From an uncultured Aquificales bacterium (GTDB lineage Bacteria > Thermosulfidibacterota > Thermosulfidibacteria > Thermosulfidibacterales > Thermosulfidibacteraceae), in NCBI GenBank assembly GCA_964453345.1, contig CAYVOC010000015.1:2433-34524 (forward strand): a DNA stretch of 32,092 nucleotides, written 5' to 3'. Each line of letters starts with the position of its first letter. Position 1 is the stretch's first letter. Both the position numbers and the translations under genes were made by a program. Under the pieces are notes generated by a model. That model saw only the letters and a list, made by a program, of their open reading frames with translations, ran no database searches and had not been told where the DNA came from. Below, piece after piece: positions 19,830 to 29,994 of the stretch.

Positions 19830-20129
19830 ATGGCCATATCGAGGGATGAGGTTTTATACATAGCGCGCCTTGCAAGGCTTGAGTTTGACGAGAAAAAGAT
19901 CGAGGAGTTCACCCATCAGCTCGGAAGGGTCCTTGATTACATAAACAAGCTCAAAGAGCTTGACGTTGAGGGAGTTGAGCCGAGCTACCATGTGCTGGAT
20001 CTGGTCTCGGTTATGAGGAAGGATGAGGTGAAGGAAGGGCTCAGCAACGAGGAAGCCCTGGCGAACGCCCCCGACGCCAAGGACGGTTTCTTCAGGGTTC
20101 CCAAAATCATAGAGACATCCGGAAACTGA
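19830..20129 (+). CDS. gatC: Asp-tRNA(Asn)/Glu-tRNA(Gln) amidotransferase subunit C
   Basis: [15 protein letters not shown]...ALANAP...FFRVPKI. Confidence 0.97.
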   Translation: MAISRDEVLYIARLARLEFDEKKIEEFTHQLGRVLDYINKLKELDVEGVEPSYHVLDLVSVMRKDEVKEGLSNEEALANAPDAKDGFFRVPKIIETSGN

Positions 20130-20139
20130 GGGAGATTCC

Positions 20140-22566
20140 ATGGCGGAGCAGATGAGCCTGGATATGGGAAGGATTGAGCAGGTAAGCATAGAAGAGGAGA
20201 TGAAGAGCGCCTACCTTGATTACGCCATGAGCGTGATCATAGGTAGGGCGCTGCCCGATGCGCGGGACGGCCTGAAACCCGTTCAGCGCAGGATCCTCTA
20301 CGCCATGGGGGAAATGGGCCTTCTGCACAACAGGCCCTACAAGAAGTGTGCAAGAGTGGTGGGAGAGGTTCTGGGCAAATACCATCCCCACGGCGACGCA
20401 CCCGTTTATGAGGCCCTGGTCCGCATGGCCCAGGACTTCAACATGCGATACCCCCTCATAGACGGGCAGGGGAACTTCGGCTCCATGGACGGGGATCCCC
20501 CCGCCGCCATGAGGTATACCGAGTGCAGGCTATCGAGGATAGCCGAGGAGTTTCTGAGGGATATAGACAAGGAGACCGTGGACTTTGTCCCGAACTTTGA
20601 CGGCTCCTTCATGGAGCCTGTGGTGCTTCCCACAAGGGTTCCGAATCTGCTCATAAACGGGGCATCGGGCATAGCCGTTGGCATGGCCACAAACATCCCT
20701 CCCCACAATTTGAGAGAGATAATAGACGCAACCGTATACCTGATAGACCATCCCGACGCCTCCGTTGAGGATCTCCTGCAGTTTGTGAAGGGACCCGACT
20801 TTCCCACAGGCGGGGAAATCGTTGGAACCGAGGAGCTAAAAAAGGCCTACACCACGGGAAGGGCCAACATAAGAATAAGGGGAAAGGTGGAGGTAGAGGA
20901 AAGGAAGAGAAGATGCGCCCTTGTCATCACAGAAATTCCCTATCAGGTCAACAAGGCTTCCTTGGTTGAAAAGATCTCCCATCTGGCGGAGGAGGGGAAA
21001 CTCGGTGAGATAAGCGCCATAAGGGACGAGTCCAACAGGGAAGGCATAAGGGTGGTCGTGGAACTAAAAGGCGGTGAGGATCCGGAGCTTGTGAAGAAGA
21101 GGCTCTTCAAATACACGCCCCTTGAGACGGGATACGGCATAATCATGCTCGCCATACACCAGGGAGAGCCGAAGCTTCTGACCCTAAAGGATGCCCTGGA
21201 AATATTCATAGAGCACAGAAAAGAGGTTGTTCTGAGAAGGACCAGATACGATCTGGATAAGGCCCTCGAAAGGGAACACATCCTTGAGGGGATAAAAATC
21301 GCCCTGGATCACTTGGACGAGGTGATAGAGACCATAAGATCCTCAAGGACCCCTGCCGAGGCCAAGGAGGCGCTTTCGGAGAGATTTGGACTGACCGAAA
21401 GGCAGGCGCAGGCCATACTCGATATGAGACTGCAGAGGCTGACCGGTCTCGAGAGGGAGAAGGTTGAACAGGAACTCGAAGAGGTGAGGGCCCTGATAAA
21501 GGATCTTCAGGACATCCTGATGAGGGAGGAAAGGCTCCTTGACGAGATCAAAAAGGAGCTTCTGGAGATAAAGGAGAAATACGGAGACGATAGAAGGACG
21601 CGCATCACCGACAGGGTGGAGGAATACACCCTTGAGGAGATGATAAAAGATGAGGAGGTTGTGGTCACCATAACCAGAAAGGGCTACATAAAGAGGGTTC
21701 CCCTCTCCGAATACAGGGGACAGAAGAGGGGCGGCAAGGGAAGAAAGGCCGTTGACATGAAGGGGCAGGACTTCGTTGAGCACATGTATGTCTGCTCCAC
21801 CCTCGACACCCTCATCGTCTTCACCAACAGGGGCAGGGCTTACGGCATAAAGGTTTATGAGGTTCCGGAGGCCAGAAGGCAGGCCAGAGGAAAGCCCATA
21901 GAGCACCTCATAAGGCTTGAGGAGCAGGAGAAGGTGGCCACCGTCTCCAGGGTATCCAAGGAATTCAAGGGTTCCTTCATTATGGTGACGAAAAAGGGTG
22001 TGGTGAAAAGAACCCCTGTTGAGGCCTTCTCCAACGCAAGAAGGACCGGGGTGATAGCCATAAACCTGGATGAGGGAGACAACCTGGTGGACGCATGTGT
22101 GGTGGATGGGGACAGGCTCGTGATAATAGGGACCAGAAGGGGAATGGCCGTGGTCTTCCCAAGCTCAGAGGTGAGGGAGATGGGCAGAAACGCAAGGGGA
22201 GTCAGAGGCGTGAAGCTTAAGGACCAGGATGAGGTCATAGGGATGGATACATCCGATGGCGATAGGCACATCCTCACCATAACGGAAAAGGGATACGGCA
22301 AAAGGACCCTGTTCAGCGAGTTCAGGGTAACCGGCAGGGGAGCACAGGGGGTAATAGCCCACAGGCTCTCGGATAGAACAGGCGATATGGTCTCCCTGAA
22401 GGCTGTGGCGGATGAGGACGATCTCATGATCATAACCAAGGACGGCATGGCCATAAGGATAAGCGCATCCGAAATCCCCGTATACGGCAGAAACGCCTCG
22501 GGGGTCAGGCTGCTCCAGACGGAATCCGAGGTGGCAGCGGTGTGCAGGGTATCTGATGAAGAATGA
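20140..22566 (+). CDS. gyrA: DNA gyrase subunit A
   Basis: [29 protein letters not shown] (catalytic Tyr), intact GyrA-box QKRGGKG (21721-21741) and C-terminal beta-pinwheel repeats. Confidence 0.98.
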   Translation: MAEQMSLDMGRIEQVSIEEEMKSAYLDYAMSVIIGRALPDARDGLKPVQRRILYAMGEMGLLHNRPYKKCARVVGEVLGKYHPHGDAPVYEALVRMAQDFNMRYPLIDGQGNFGSMDGDPPAAMRYTECRLSRIAEEFLRDIDKETVDFVPNFDGSFMEPVVLPTRVPNLLINGASGIAVGMATNIPPHNLREIIDATVYLIDHPDASVEDLLQFVKGPDFPTGGEIVGTEELKKAYTTGRANIRIRGKVEVEERKRRCALVITEIPYQVNKASLVEKISHLAEEGKLGEISAIRDESNREGIRVVVELKGGEDPELVKKRLFKYTPLETGYGIIMLAIHQGEPKLLTLKDALEIFIEHRKEVVLRRTRYDLDKALEREHILEGIKIALDHLDEVIETIRSSRTPAEAKEALSERFGLTERQAQAILDMRLQRLTGLEREKVEQELEEVRALIKDLQDILMREERLLDEIKKELLEIKEKYGDDRRTRITDRVEEYTLEEMIKDEEVVVTITRKGYIKRVPLSEYRGQKRGGKGRKAVDMKGQDFVEHMYVCSTLDTLIVFTNRGRAYGIKVYEVPEARRQARGKPIEHLIRLEEQEKVATVSRVSKEFKGSFIMVTKKGVVKRTPVEAFSNARRTGVIAINLDEGDNLVDACVVDGDRLVIIGTRRGMAVVFPSSEVREMGRNARGVRGVKLKDQDEVIGMDTSDGDRHILTITEKGYGKRTLFSEFRVTGRGAQGVIAHRLSDRTGDMVSLKAVADEDDLMIITKDGMAIRISASEIPVYGRNASGVRLLQTESEVAAVCRVSDEE

Positions 22567-23173
22567 ACTTGCGGACTTTGACAGAAGCTTCCTGAAAGAG
22601 GGCTTCATCTGCGGCATAGACGAGGCGGGAAGAGGTTGTCTTGCCGGTCCCGTTGTGGCGGCAGCGGTGGTATTCAGGGCGGAGTCCATCCCCGAGGAAA
22701 TAGAGGTCCGCGACTCCAAGGACCTCACCCCCAAGCAAAGGGAAGAACTGTTTGTCAGAATAAAGGAAGCCGCCGTCTGCTGGGCGGTGGGAGCCGCCAA
22801 CTGGCGGAGAATCGACGAAGAGAACATAGTCAAGGCCACAGCCTTCGCCATGGAACTCGCCTACAAGAAGCTTTCCGTTAAGCCCGATCTGGTTCTGATA
22901 GACGGGAGAATGAGGCCTTCGGGGATAGATTCCGAATGCCTGTGCGTTGTTAAAGGGGACAGCAAAAGCTTCTGCATAGCGGCGGCATCCATTGTGGCAA
23001 AGGTCACCAGAGACAGGATCATGGCGAAATACCACGAAATATTCCCTGCCTACGGCTTTGCCAGCAACAAGGGGTATCCCACCGTCGCACACAGAAGGGC
23101 GCTGATGGAGAAGGGTCCATGCCCCATCCACAGAAAAAGCTTCAAATACACGCTTCTTCAGACAGAAAAGTAA
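22556..23173 (+). CDS. rnhB: Ribonuclease HII
   Basis: [41 protein letters not shown] and IHRKSF. Confidence 0.98.
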   Translation: MKNELADFDRSFLKEGFICGIDEAGRGCLAGPVVAAAVVFRAESIPEEIEVRDSKDLTPKQREELFVRIKEAAVCWAVGAANWRRIDEENIVKATAFAMELAYKKLSVKPDLVLIDGRMRPSGIDSECLCVVKGDSKSFCIAAASIVAKVTRDRIMAKYHEIFPAYGFASNKGYPTVAHRRALMEKGPCPIHRKSFKYTLLQTEK

Positions 23174-23508
23174 AGGGGAAGGCGGCGGAGGAGCTGGCCT
23201 GCGCCCACCTTGAATCCAGGGGATTCCAGATCCTTGAGAGGAACTTTACCACCAGATTCGGGGAGATAGATATAGTGGCCCAAAGGGGAAAGACCGTATT
23301 TTTCGTTGAAGTGAGATCCAGTGAGGGCTTCATGCACCCGCTGGAGAGCATAACCGCGAAGAAGTTGAAGAACCTCTGGAGGGCGATACAGATATACGCA
23401 AGGGCAAGGGGAATAGAAGACTACAGAACCCTTCTCATAGGTATCGATCTTTCCTGTAATCCTCCCCGGATAGAGGAGGTATACGACTTTCTGGAAGAAA
23501 AATGGTAG
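23119..23508 (+). CDS. yraN: YraN (UPF0102) family PD-(D/E)XK nuclease
   Basis: GKAAEELACAHL...ERNF...GEIDIVA...FVEVR; typical rnhB-yraN order. Start uncertain (55-nt overlap with rnhB). Confidence 0.9.
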   Translation: MPHPQKKLQIHASSDRKVKGKAAEELACAHLESRGFQILERNFTTRFGEIDIVAQRGKTVFFVEVRSSEGFMHPLESITAKKLKNLWRAIQIYARARGIEDYRTLLIGIDLSCNPPRIEEVYDFLEEKW

Positions 23509-24581
23509 ATCTTGTGAAAAGAGAGTGGGCCCTTTTCTCATTTATCCTGCTTATGGTGCTTCTTTCCGTGCTCTATCCCTGGAAAATGAAGGAGTTTCCC
23601 CATTACATACACTGGGAAACCATTGCCACCCTCTGTGGACTGCTGATGGTGGTGACAGGAATAAAGGAGAGCGGATACCTTGAGGAAGCGGGCTGCAGGT
23701 TGCTTGAGAAATCGCCAACCCTCAGAAGCCTCGCCGTTGCCCTGTGCGTCGCATCGGCCCTTGCATCTACGGTGCTCACCAACGATATAACGCTTTTCAT
23801 AGCAATCCCTCTTACCCTGAGCCTCCGCGGAGTTGATGGCAGGGATCTGGAAAAACTGATTGTGTTCGAAGCCATAGCGGTCAACTCCGGATCGGCCCTC
23901 ACCCCCATAGGAAATCCACAAAATATGTATCTATGGCATGTGTGGGACATATCCTTTCTGAAGTTCTGTGGCCAGATGGCTCCGGTGGTAGCGATTATGT
24001 TGGCATCTCTAACCCTGTTCATCTGGGTGAGCTTCCCGGAAAAGGAGGTGCACCCGAAACCAAAGGCTGTGGACAAGGACAGGGCCCTTTTTATCCTATC
24101 AGCCATTACAGGAATCTTTTACATAGCCGCTGTTGAGCTTGATTTAACCTATCCTGCAACAGCTGCGCTCTTTATCCTATTCCTTCTGTTTCGCAGGAGA
24201 ATACTTGCAAAGGTGGACTGGCTTTTGCTGGTTCTTTTCGGAGCGATCTTCATAGACTTCACCCTCATGGCGGATATACCCATGATCAGATCCATACTGG
24301 CCAGAAGCACCGGCAGCCCGGAGGGAACCTACATAGCTTCCATTGCGGCTTCTCAGCTGGTTAGCAATGTTCCCGCAGCCGTTCTCATGTCAAAACTCAG
24401 CAACCACATAAAAGCCATAGCCTACGGAGTAAACATAGGTGGAAACGGAACCGTATTGGGATCCTTGGCGAATGTAATTGCCCTGAGAATGCTCAACAGA
24501 AAAAACTCGCTCCTGAGGTTTCACCTATACTCGATTCCCTTCCTCATCTGCACGGGGCTTATGACTCTGCTGCTGTTCTAA
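23502..24581 (+). CDS. Ion-transporter-superfamily permease (YbiR-like; CitMHS/ArsB/NhaD/SLC13 related)
   Basis: LTND, NSGSALTPIGNPQN, SNVPA and GGNGTVLGSLAN motifs; multiple TM helices. Confidence 0.88.
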   Translation: MVDLVKREWALFSFILLMVLLSVLYPWKMKEFPHYIHWETIATLCGLLMVVTGIKESGYLEEAGCRLLEKSPTLRSLAVALCVASALASTVLTNDITLFIAIPLTLSLRGVDGRDLEKLIVFEAIAVNSGSALTPIGNPQNMYLWHVWDISFLKFCGQMAPVVAIMLASLTLFIWVSFPEKEVHPKPKAVDKDRALFILSAITGIFYIAAVELDLTYPATAALFILFLLFRRRILAKVDWLLLVLFGAIFIDFTLMADIPMIRSILARSTGSPEGTYIASIAASQLVSNVPAAVLMSKLSNHIKAIAYGVNIGGNGTVLGSLANVIALRMLNRKNSLLRFHLYSIPFLICTGLMTLLLF

Positions 24582-25276
24582 TCCTCCTCAAGCAACTCGG
24601 GAGGAATTATTACGTTCCTCAGCCCCTCTATGTTTGTGGTCTGAACCAAAACCCTTCCCGGCCCTTCAAGGGTTGCCAGAAACAGCCCCTCTCCTCCGAA
24701 GAGTATCCCTTTTATGCTTTTTATCATTTCCGCACTGTATTTCACCGTCTCCTCAAAACCCACAACGCAACCTGTGTCCACCTGCAGGATCTCACCGGGG
24801 GCAAGGTTATACTCAATTATATCTCCGCAGGCGTGAACAAAGGCGACTCCATCGCCCTTCAGCTTCTGAAGCACAAACCCTTCACCGCCCAAAAGTCCTC
24901 CCTTGAAGGATCTGGTGAAGGTCAGATCTATCTCAACGCCCGGTGTGCCGCACAAAAAGGCGTCCTTCTGAGCAACGAAGGCCCTGTCTGGCTTCACCTC
25001 AACGGGAACAATCTTACCAGGGAAGGGGCCCGTGAAAACAACCGTTCCTCTGCCGCTCTCACAGCTAAAGTAGACCAGAAAAGCGCTTTCTCCTGTGAGC
25101 TTTCTCTTTATAAGCTTCATGAACTTATCGCCTATGCCCTTTCCCTGCATGCGGGTCTCCATCTTGACATTGGAGGTCTTGCATACAAAGGCTCCAGCCT
25201 CGGCAAAGATCTCCTCTCCCTCTTCAAGCTCAACAAGCAGATACTGCATGTTTCCGCCTTCAATCCTGTATTCCAT
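24578..25276 (-). CDS. AIM24 family protein (TIGR00266-like)
   Basis: AEAGAF, LTGESAF, QKDAFLC, GGEGFVLQ, VDTGCVV and GGEGLFLATLEGPGRV; ATG 25276 with GGAGG (alternative GTG 25279). Confidence 0.9.
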   Translation of the reverse strand: MEYRIEGGNMQYLLVELEEGEEIFAEAGAFVCKTSNVKMETRMQGKGIGDKFMKLIKRKLTGESAFLVYFSCESGRGTVVFTGPFPGKIVPVEVKPDRAFVAQKDAFLCGTPGVEIDLTFTRSFKGGLLGGEGFVLQKLKGDGVAFVHACGDIIEYNLAPGEILQVDTGCVVGFEETVKYSAEMIKSIKGILFGGEGLFLATLEGPGRVLVQTTNIEGLRNVIIPPELLEED

Positions 25277-25290
25277 CACTGCACCTCCTA

Positions 25291-25345
25291 CATTTTTGAA
25301 TAGATTACCAAAAGAGTTGCATTTTTCAAATACGGTGGCTAACTT
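25291..25345. promoter_or_regulatory. Overlapping divergent sigma70-type promoters for cimA and the AIM24 gene
   Basis: Plus strand: TTGCAT (25317-25322)-N17-TAACTT (25340-25345). Minus strand: TTGAAA (25329-25324)-N16-TAATCT (25307-25302) with an extended -10 TGn. Lies in the only AT-rich ~100-nt intergenic gap. Confidence 0.55.
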
Positions 25346-25381
25346 TATAAAAACACAAAAGCCGGCAAGGGAGGGCCTCAG

Positions 25382-26971
25382 ATGGTAAAGATCTACGATA
25401 CAACCCTCAGGGATGGAACCCAGGCTGAAGAGATCTCCTTCTCCTCAACGGACAAGCTTCTCATAGCCGAAAAGCTTGACGAGCTTGGAATCCACTACAT
25501 AGAAGGAGGGTGGCCCGGCTCCAACCCCAAGGATATGGAGTTCTTTGAACTTGCGAAAAGGTTGAACCTGAAGAATGCCAAGATAAGCGCCTTTGGAAGC
25601 ACAAGAAGGGCAAATGTGAGCGTGGAAAAGGACAGCAACGTCATAGCCCTCCTGAAGGCCGAAACCGAGGTTGTGGCCATATTCGGCAAATCCTGGGACA
25701 TGCACGTCACGGATGCCCTGAAATGCTCCTTGGACGACAACCTCAAGATGATCTACGACACCGTCTATTTCATGAAGAAGCACGGCAGAGAGGTTATATA
25801 CGATGCCGAGCACTTCTTTGACGGATACAAGCGCAACCCGGAGTATGCCCTGAAAACCATAAAGGCGGCAGAGGAAGCCGGCGCCGACGTAATATGCCTC
25901 TGCGACACAAACGGGGGATGCCTGCCCTTCGAAATCGGAGAGATCGTCTGCGAGGTGAAAAAGCACGTGAAGACACCCTTGGGCATACACTGCCACAACG
26001 ACACGGAATGCGCGGTGGCCAACTCCCTCATGGCGGTGAAGTGCGGCGCTGTGCATGTGCAGGGGACCATGAACGGCTTCGGCGAAAGGTGCGGGAATGC
26101 GAACCTGTGCTCCATAATACCGAACCTCATGCTCAAGATGGGCATAGAGTGTATCCCCAAGGAGAATCTGAAGAAACTAACCGGTATATCCCGCTTCATC
26201 TACGAGATAGCGAATCTCAAGCCCTGGACACACCAGCCCTACGTGGGCAAGGCGGCCTTTGCCCACAAGGGAGGGGTTCACGTCAGCGCCGTTATGAAGA
26301 AACCCGAAACCTACGAGCACATAGATCCAGAGCTTGTGGGCAACAGAAGAAGGGTCCTTGTGTCCGATCTGTCCGGTAGATCCAACATAGTCTACAAGGC
26401 CAAGGAGTTCGGCCTGGATCTGGACTCCAAGGATCCCCTTGTCCAGAAGGTCCTTGAGGAACTCAAGCAGCTTGAGCACCAGGGATACCAGTTTGAGGGA
26501 GCCGAGGCCTCCTTTGAGATACTGATCAAAAGGGCCATGAAGAAGTTCAAGCCCTACTTTGATCTAAAGGGCTTCAGGGTCATAGTGGAGAAGAGGGGAA
26601 GGGAGGACGAACCCATAAGCGAGGCCACCATAAAGGTGGAGACCCCGGTGGGCGCCCAGCATACAGCAGCCGAGGGCAACGGCCCGGTCAATGCCCTTGA
26701 CAAGGCTCTGAGAAAAGCCCTTGAGGAATTTTACCCCAACCTCAAAGAGATGCAGCTTGTGGACTACAAGGTCAGGATCCTTGACGAATACGCAGGCACC
26801 GCCGCCAAGGTGAGGGTGATAATAGAGTCAACCGACGGCAGGAGGCGCTGGGGAACCGTTGGGGTGCATGAAAACGTTATAGAGGCAAGCTGGCAGGCCC
26901 TTGTTGACAGCATAGAGTATAAGCTGATGAAGGACGAGGAAGAGGGCAGAGAGATAGCCTCCGAAAAATGA
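25382..26971 (+). CDS. cimA: Citramalate synthase (LeuA-related DRE-TIM enzyme)
   Basis: [56 protein letters not shown] and RWGTVGV are hallmarks of the bacterial CimA clade. Confidence 0.92.
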   Translation: MVKIYDTTLRDGTQAEEISFSSTDKLLIAEKLDELGIHYIEGGWPGSNPKDMEFFELAKRLNLKNAKISAFGSTRRANVSVEKDSNVIALLKAETEVVAIFGKSWDMHVTDALKCSLDDNLKMIYDTVYFMKKHGREVIYDAEHFFDGYKRNPEYALKTIKAAEEAGADVICLCDTNGGCLPFEIGEIVCEVKKHVKTPLGIHCHNDTECAVANSLMAVKCGAVHVQGTMNGFGERCGNANLCSIIPNLMLKMGIECIPKENLKKLTGISRFIYEIANLKPWTHQPYVGKAAFAHKGGVHVSAVMKKPETYEHIDPELVGNRRRVLVSDLSGRSNIVYKAKEFGLDLDSKDPLVQKVLEELKQLEHQGYQFEGAEASFEILIKRAMKKFKPYFDLKGFRVIVEKRGREDEPISEATIKVETPVGAQHTAAEGNGPVNALDKALRKALEEFYPNLKEMQLVDYKVRILDEYAGTAAKVRVIIESTDGRRRWGTVGVHENVIEASWQALVDSIEYKLMKDEEEGREIASEK

Positions 26972-28272
26972 GAAGGGTTTTTCTGCTTTCCATCTTTCTT
27001 TTCCTCTTCTCAAGCGCCTTTGCCCTCAACATGGCCGAGAGAATGGCCCTCATGGGCCTGTGCACCTTAGCGGAGGATGAGGCAGAAAGCAGCGAGCAGC
27101 TCACACTGCTTGCCGCACACTGTCTCATAAGGGAAGGCAGGATAGATGAGGCAATCAAAAGAATCTCCGGGCTAAAGGCGGAAGCCTACAGGGAAGCGGC
27201 TTCATACCTGCTGAGGGGTCTATCCATAGAGCTGGAATACGGTGGGCCCACCAAACGCCGTGAGCCTGAAAAGAGACCATCTCCCGAAGAGGTCGCCGTT
27301 AGCCTTTTTTACTCGGGAAACTACTCGGGCTTTTTTGAAACCCTTGAAAGCAACCCCGAACTGCTCAAGAAACCCGAAATCAGAAAGCTTCTGGCCCTTG
27401 TGCATTACAGAACCGGAAGATACGCCATTGCCCTGGCGGTCCTTGCCCCTTACAGGGACCCCTTCTCGTGTTTCTGGAGGTGGAAGATAAAGAGAAAACT
27501 TGCGCTGAATACAGAAGAGGAGGAGAACTGTCTTGCGCGGGCACCCCTTACCGACTTCTACGGTGCCCTGTATAGGGCCATGACGGGAAAAAGACCGACC
27601 TTGAAGCTGTTCCCACCGGCTCAGGGAAACAGATGCCCTTCCGCTTTAATACTGCAGAAGTCCGGGCTTGATGCAAGAAGCCTCGATGCGCTTAAGGACT
27701 GCGCCGCATCAAGAAAGGACTGGTTCCACACAATCCCGCTTCTTCCAAACCCCAACCCCGGCATAAAGCTGCTATATGCGCTTAAGACCGACTGGAGGAC
27801 AAGGTTGTCCTATTCCTACATAAGGCCCTTTTTGGCGGAGGTTCGCCTTGCCTGCTGGGCCTATGAGGTTGACGAGGATCTCGCCTACGCGGTCATGCGC
27901 CAGGAAAGCCTCTTCAACAGATACGCCTTGTCCACATCCGGCGCCATGGGGCTTATGCAGATACTGCCCAAAACCGCCGTCTGGATATCCGGAAAAAAAC
28001 TCAACGAGGCGTGGAGCCTGCCCAAGTATTTCATCCCCTTCTTTTCGGTAAAATACGGGATCTGGTATCTGGGCCATCTTGGGAAAAGATTCGGGGATAT
28101 TATGAGCATCGCCGCCTACAACTCAGGCCCCACGAGGCTGAAGAAATGGCTGGACGAAAACCCATGGGTGGAGGATGTGGCCGATCTGGTGGAATTCTAC
28201 CCCGTTGCTGAAACCAGAGCCTATGTGAAGAAGGTGCTTGTGAACTACTACATCTACAGGTTCATCTTTTAG
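26968..28272 (+). CDS. Exported lytic transglycosylase (C-terminal SLT domain, helical N-terminal region)
   Basis: Signal peptide [26 protein letters not shown] (catalytic Glu), GAMGLMQ, AAYNSG and ETRAYV; ATGA overlap with cimA. Confidence 0.92.
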   Translation: MRRVFLLSIFLFLFSSAFALNMAERMALMGLCTLAEDEAESSEQLTLLAAHCLIREGRIDEAIKRISGLKAEAYREAASYLLRGLSIELEYGGPTKRREPEKRPSPEEVAVSLFYSGNYSGFFETLESNPELLKKPEIRKLLALVHYRTGRYAIALAVLAPYRDPFSCFWRWKIKRKLALNTEEEENCLARAPLTDFYGALYRAMTGKRPTLKLFPPAQGNRCPSALILQKSGLDARSLDALKDCAASRKDWFHTIPLLPNPNPGIKLLYALKTDWRTRLSYSYIRPFLAEVRLACWAYEVDEDLAYAVMRQESLFNRYALSTSGAMGLMQILPKTAVWISGKKLNEAWSLPKYFIPFFSVKYGIWYLGHLGKRFGDIMSIAAYNSGPTRLKKWLDENPWVEDVADLVEFYPVAETRAYVKKVLVNYYIYRFIF

Positions 28273-28525
28273 ATCTGGAGGAGTAAACAAAGGCGAGTAT
28301 CTCCGCAACGGCTATATACAGCTCCGGAGGAATCTCAGCCCCAACATCAACCCTGTATAGGGCGTTCGCCAAGGGGGCATCCTCCTCAACGGGAATCCCG
28401 TGCCTTTTCGCAATCTCTATGATCTTCTCCGCCAAAAGCCCTGCGCCCTTGGCCACCACCTTTGGGGCCGCATCCCTTTTCACATCATACTTTATGGCCA
28501 CGGCCTTCTTGGGATGATCCCTCAT
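28262..28525 (-). CDS. Standalone FlhB C-terminal-domain protein (EscU/YscU/HrcU family, YlqH/FlhX-like)
   Basis: KAVAIKY...APKVVAKG...AEKIIEIA...[17 protein letters not shown]; 87 aa with no TM domain and no NPTH. Confidence 0.93.
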   Translation of the reverse strand: MRDHPKKAVAIKYDVKRDAAPKVVAKGAGLLAEKIIEIAKRHGIPVEEDAPLANALYRVDVGAEIPPELYIAVAEILAFVYSSRSKR

Positions 28526-29298
28526 GCCCTCGCCTCCACAATCCCCTTAGAGGAAACGAGGGGTATCTTCCCCACAAGCTCAGGTCTGAAAAAGACAAAC
28601 ACCGTCGGGTAAAGCCCGTGCCCCGAAAGCCTCTTTTTCAGCTCATCCACCTTGGACTGTAGGATCCTTGCGGATTCGGAATCCTTGAGTATCAAGCTGA
28701 CCGTTATCCTCTTCATATCCTCCAGATAGCCCACATCCACCCTCATGGGACCCCACGGGGTCTCCTCAAGAAAAAGCCTCACGGTATAGACCCCCTTTGA
28801 GCCTCTCTTCCCGTCTCCGTCCACCAGCATGTATAGGGTGGTTCTCCTGTCCTCCACAATAAAGGGAAGGGCGACCAGAAGAGGCGTATTCTGATGGCGA
28901 TGCACACCTTTGACACCCGCTTCCCCCCCTTCGGTCTTCTGGGCAACAGCGGTCGCTATCTTCAAAAGGGCGGCAAATTCTTTAATGTTTCTGTCAAGAT
29001 CCGCATGCTCCAGAACAACTTCGGGAAGCCTTCTGGCAACCACCTCCTTGGCGGCCACCTTTATTCTCTTCACAAACTTCAGGGGTATGGGAAAGCCCTC
29101 TCCCTCGATCCTCACAAGGATCACATCCCCCTCGTTCGGCAGGGGCTGAGTGGCCTCCCATTCACCTTCACCCACAAAATCGCCAAAGTCCAGAAGAACC
29201 CGGTTCCCCTCAACGGCAATGACCTTGCCCTTAACAAGGGCGCCTACCCTTACAAGCTCCCTTACCCTATCCGGAGCGATTACACCCCAAACCTTCAC
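28522..29298 (-). CDS. FliK-like (hook-length-control C-terminal domain) protein
   Basis: Start reassigned to GTG 29298 (GAGG upstream). C-terminal [17 protein letters not shown]...[18 protein letters not shown] resembles the FliK C-domain; ATGA-coupled to the FlhB-C gene. Confidence 0.65.
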   Translation of the reverse strand: MKVWGVIAPDRVRELVRVGALVKGKVIAVEGNRVLLDFGDFVGEGEWEATQPLPNEGDVILVRIEGEGFPIPLKFVKRIKVAAKEVVARRLPEVVLEHADLDRNIKEFAALLKIATAVAQKTEGGEAGVKGVHRHQNTPLLVALPFIVEDRRTTLYMLVDGDGKRGSKGVYTVRLFLEETPWGPMRVDVGYLEDMKRITVSLILKDSESARILQSKVDELKKRLSGHGLYPTVFVFFRPELVGKIPLVSSKGIVEARA

Positions 29299-29947
29299 AG
29301 ATGAACCTCGCAATCTCTGTAAGCTCAGGGGGCAATTCAGGATCACCCTTGGGCACCACAAAGACCCTGCAGTTTCCCAGATCCTCTATCACCTCAGGAT
29401 TCGTCCTTTCAGCGGTATCTCTGCCCTCGTAGCCGTTGACAACGACCGCAAGGACCCTCAAACCCTGGGATCTGGCGACCCTGAGGGTGAGGAGGGTGTG
29501 GTTTATGGTTCCGAGCCTTGCCCTTGCCACAACCACAAGGGGCATACCCAGCATGTTGGCAAGATCGGCATAGGTTATCCTGCCCGTCACGGGAACGAGC
29601 AGTCCCCCTGCACCCTCAACAACAACCACATCGTAAAGCCCCTCAAGCTCTCTTATCCTGCTTACAATGGCAAAGGGATCTATGGATTTTCCCTCAATTC
29701 TTTCGGCAACGGCCGGTGCCAAGGGTTCCCTGAAGAGATACTGAACCACGTCCCCATCGGGAACAGAAAGACCCGCCGTCTCCCTTAGCAGCCTTCCATC
29801 CGCGGGATACTCGGGGCATCCCGTCTCGACAGGCTTGTAGGGGAAGACCCTCAGGCCCAGCCTCTTGAACCCCCTTATCAGACCGCATGCCACATAGGTT
29901 TTTCCCACACCTGTATCCGTTCCGGTTATCAAAACGGCTCTTCCCAC
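29267..29947 (-). CDS. bioD: Dethiobiotin synthase
   Basis: GTG 29947 (SD-like GGGGGTG); [22 protein letters not shown] and LGTINHTLL. Confidence 0.97.
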   Translation of the reverse strand: MGRAVLITGTDTGVGKTYVACGLIRGFKRLGLRVFPYKPVETGCPEYPADGRLLRETAGLSVPDGDVVQYLFREPLAPAVAERIEGKSIDPFAIVSRIRELEGLYDVVVVEGAGGLLVPVTGRITYADLANMLGMPLVVVARARLGTINHTLLTLRVARSQGLRVLAVVVNGYEGRDTAERTNPEVIEDLGNCRVFVVPKGDPELPPELTEIARFICEGLGCNRSG

Positions 29948-29994
29948 ATCCACCCCCTTGATAATTCTTGCCACAACATAATACAAATAGCCCC

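Noticed and set aside
20140..22566. parC assignment, or inteins in gyrA, polA or pcrA
   Set aside because: The GyrA-box is intact, and all three proteins are of normal length with contiguous motifs.
23502..24581. Horizontally acquired island based on lower GC (27/60 G+C at 24121-24180)
   Set aside because: Membrane-protein genes are naturally T-rich, the gene overlaps both neighbours, and no mobility genes or flanking repeats are seen; it would need a computed codon analysis.
25382..26971. leuA (2-isopropylmalate synthase)
   Set aside because: [19 protein letters not shown] and AHKGG match the CimA clade rather than LeuA.
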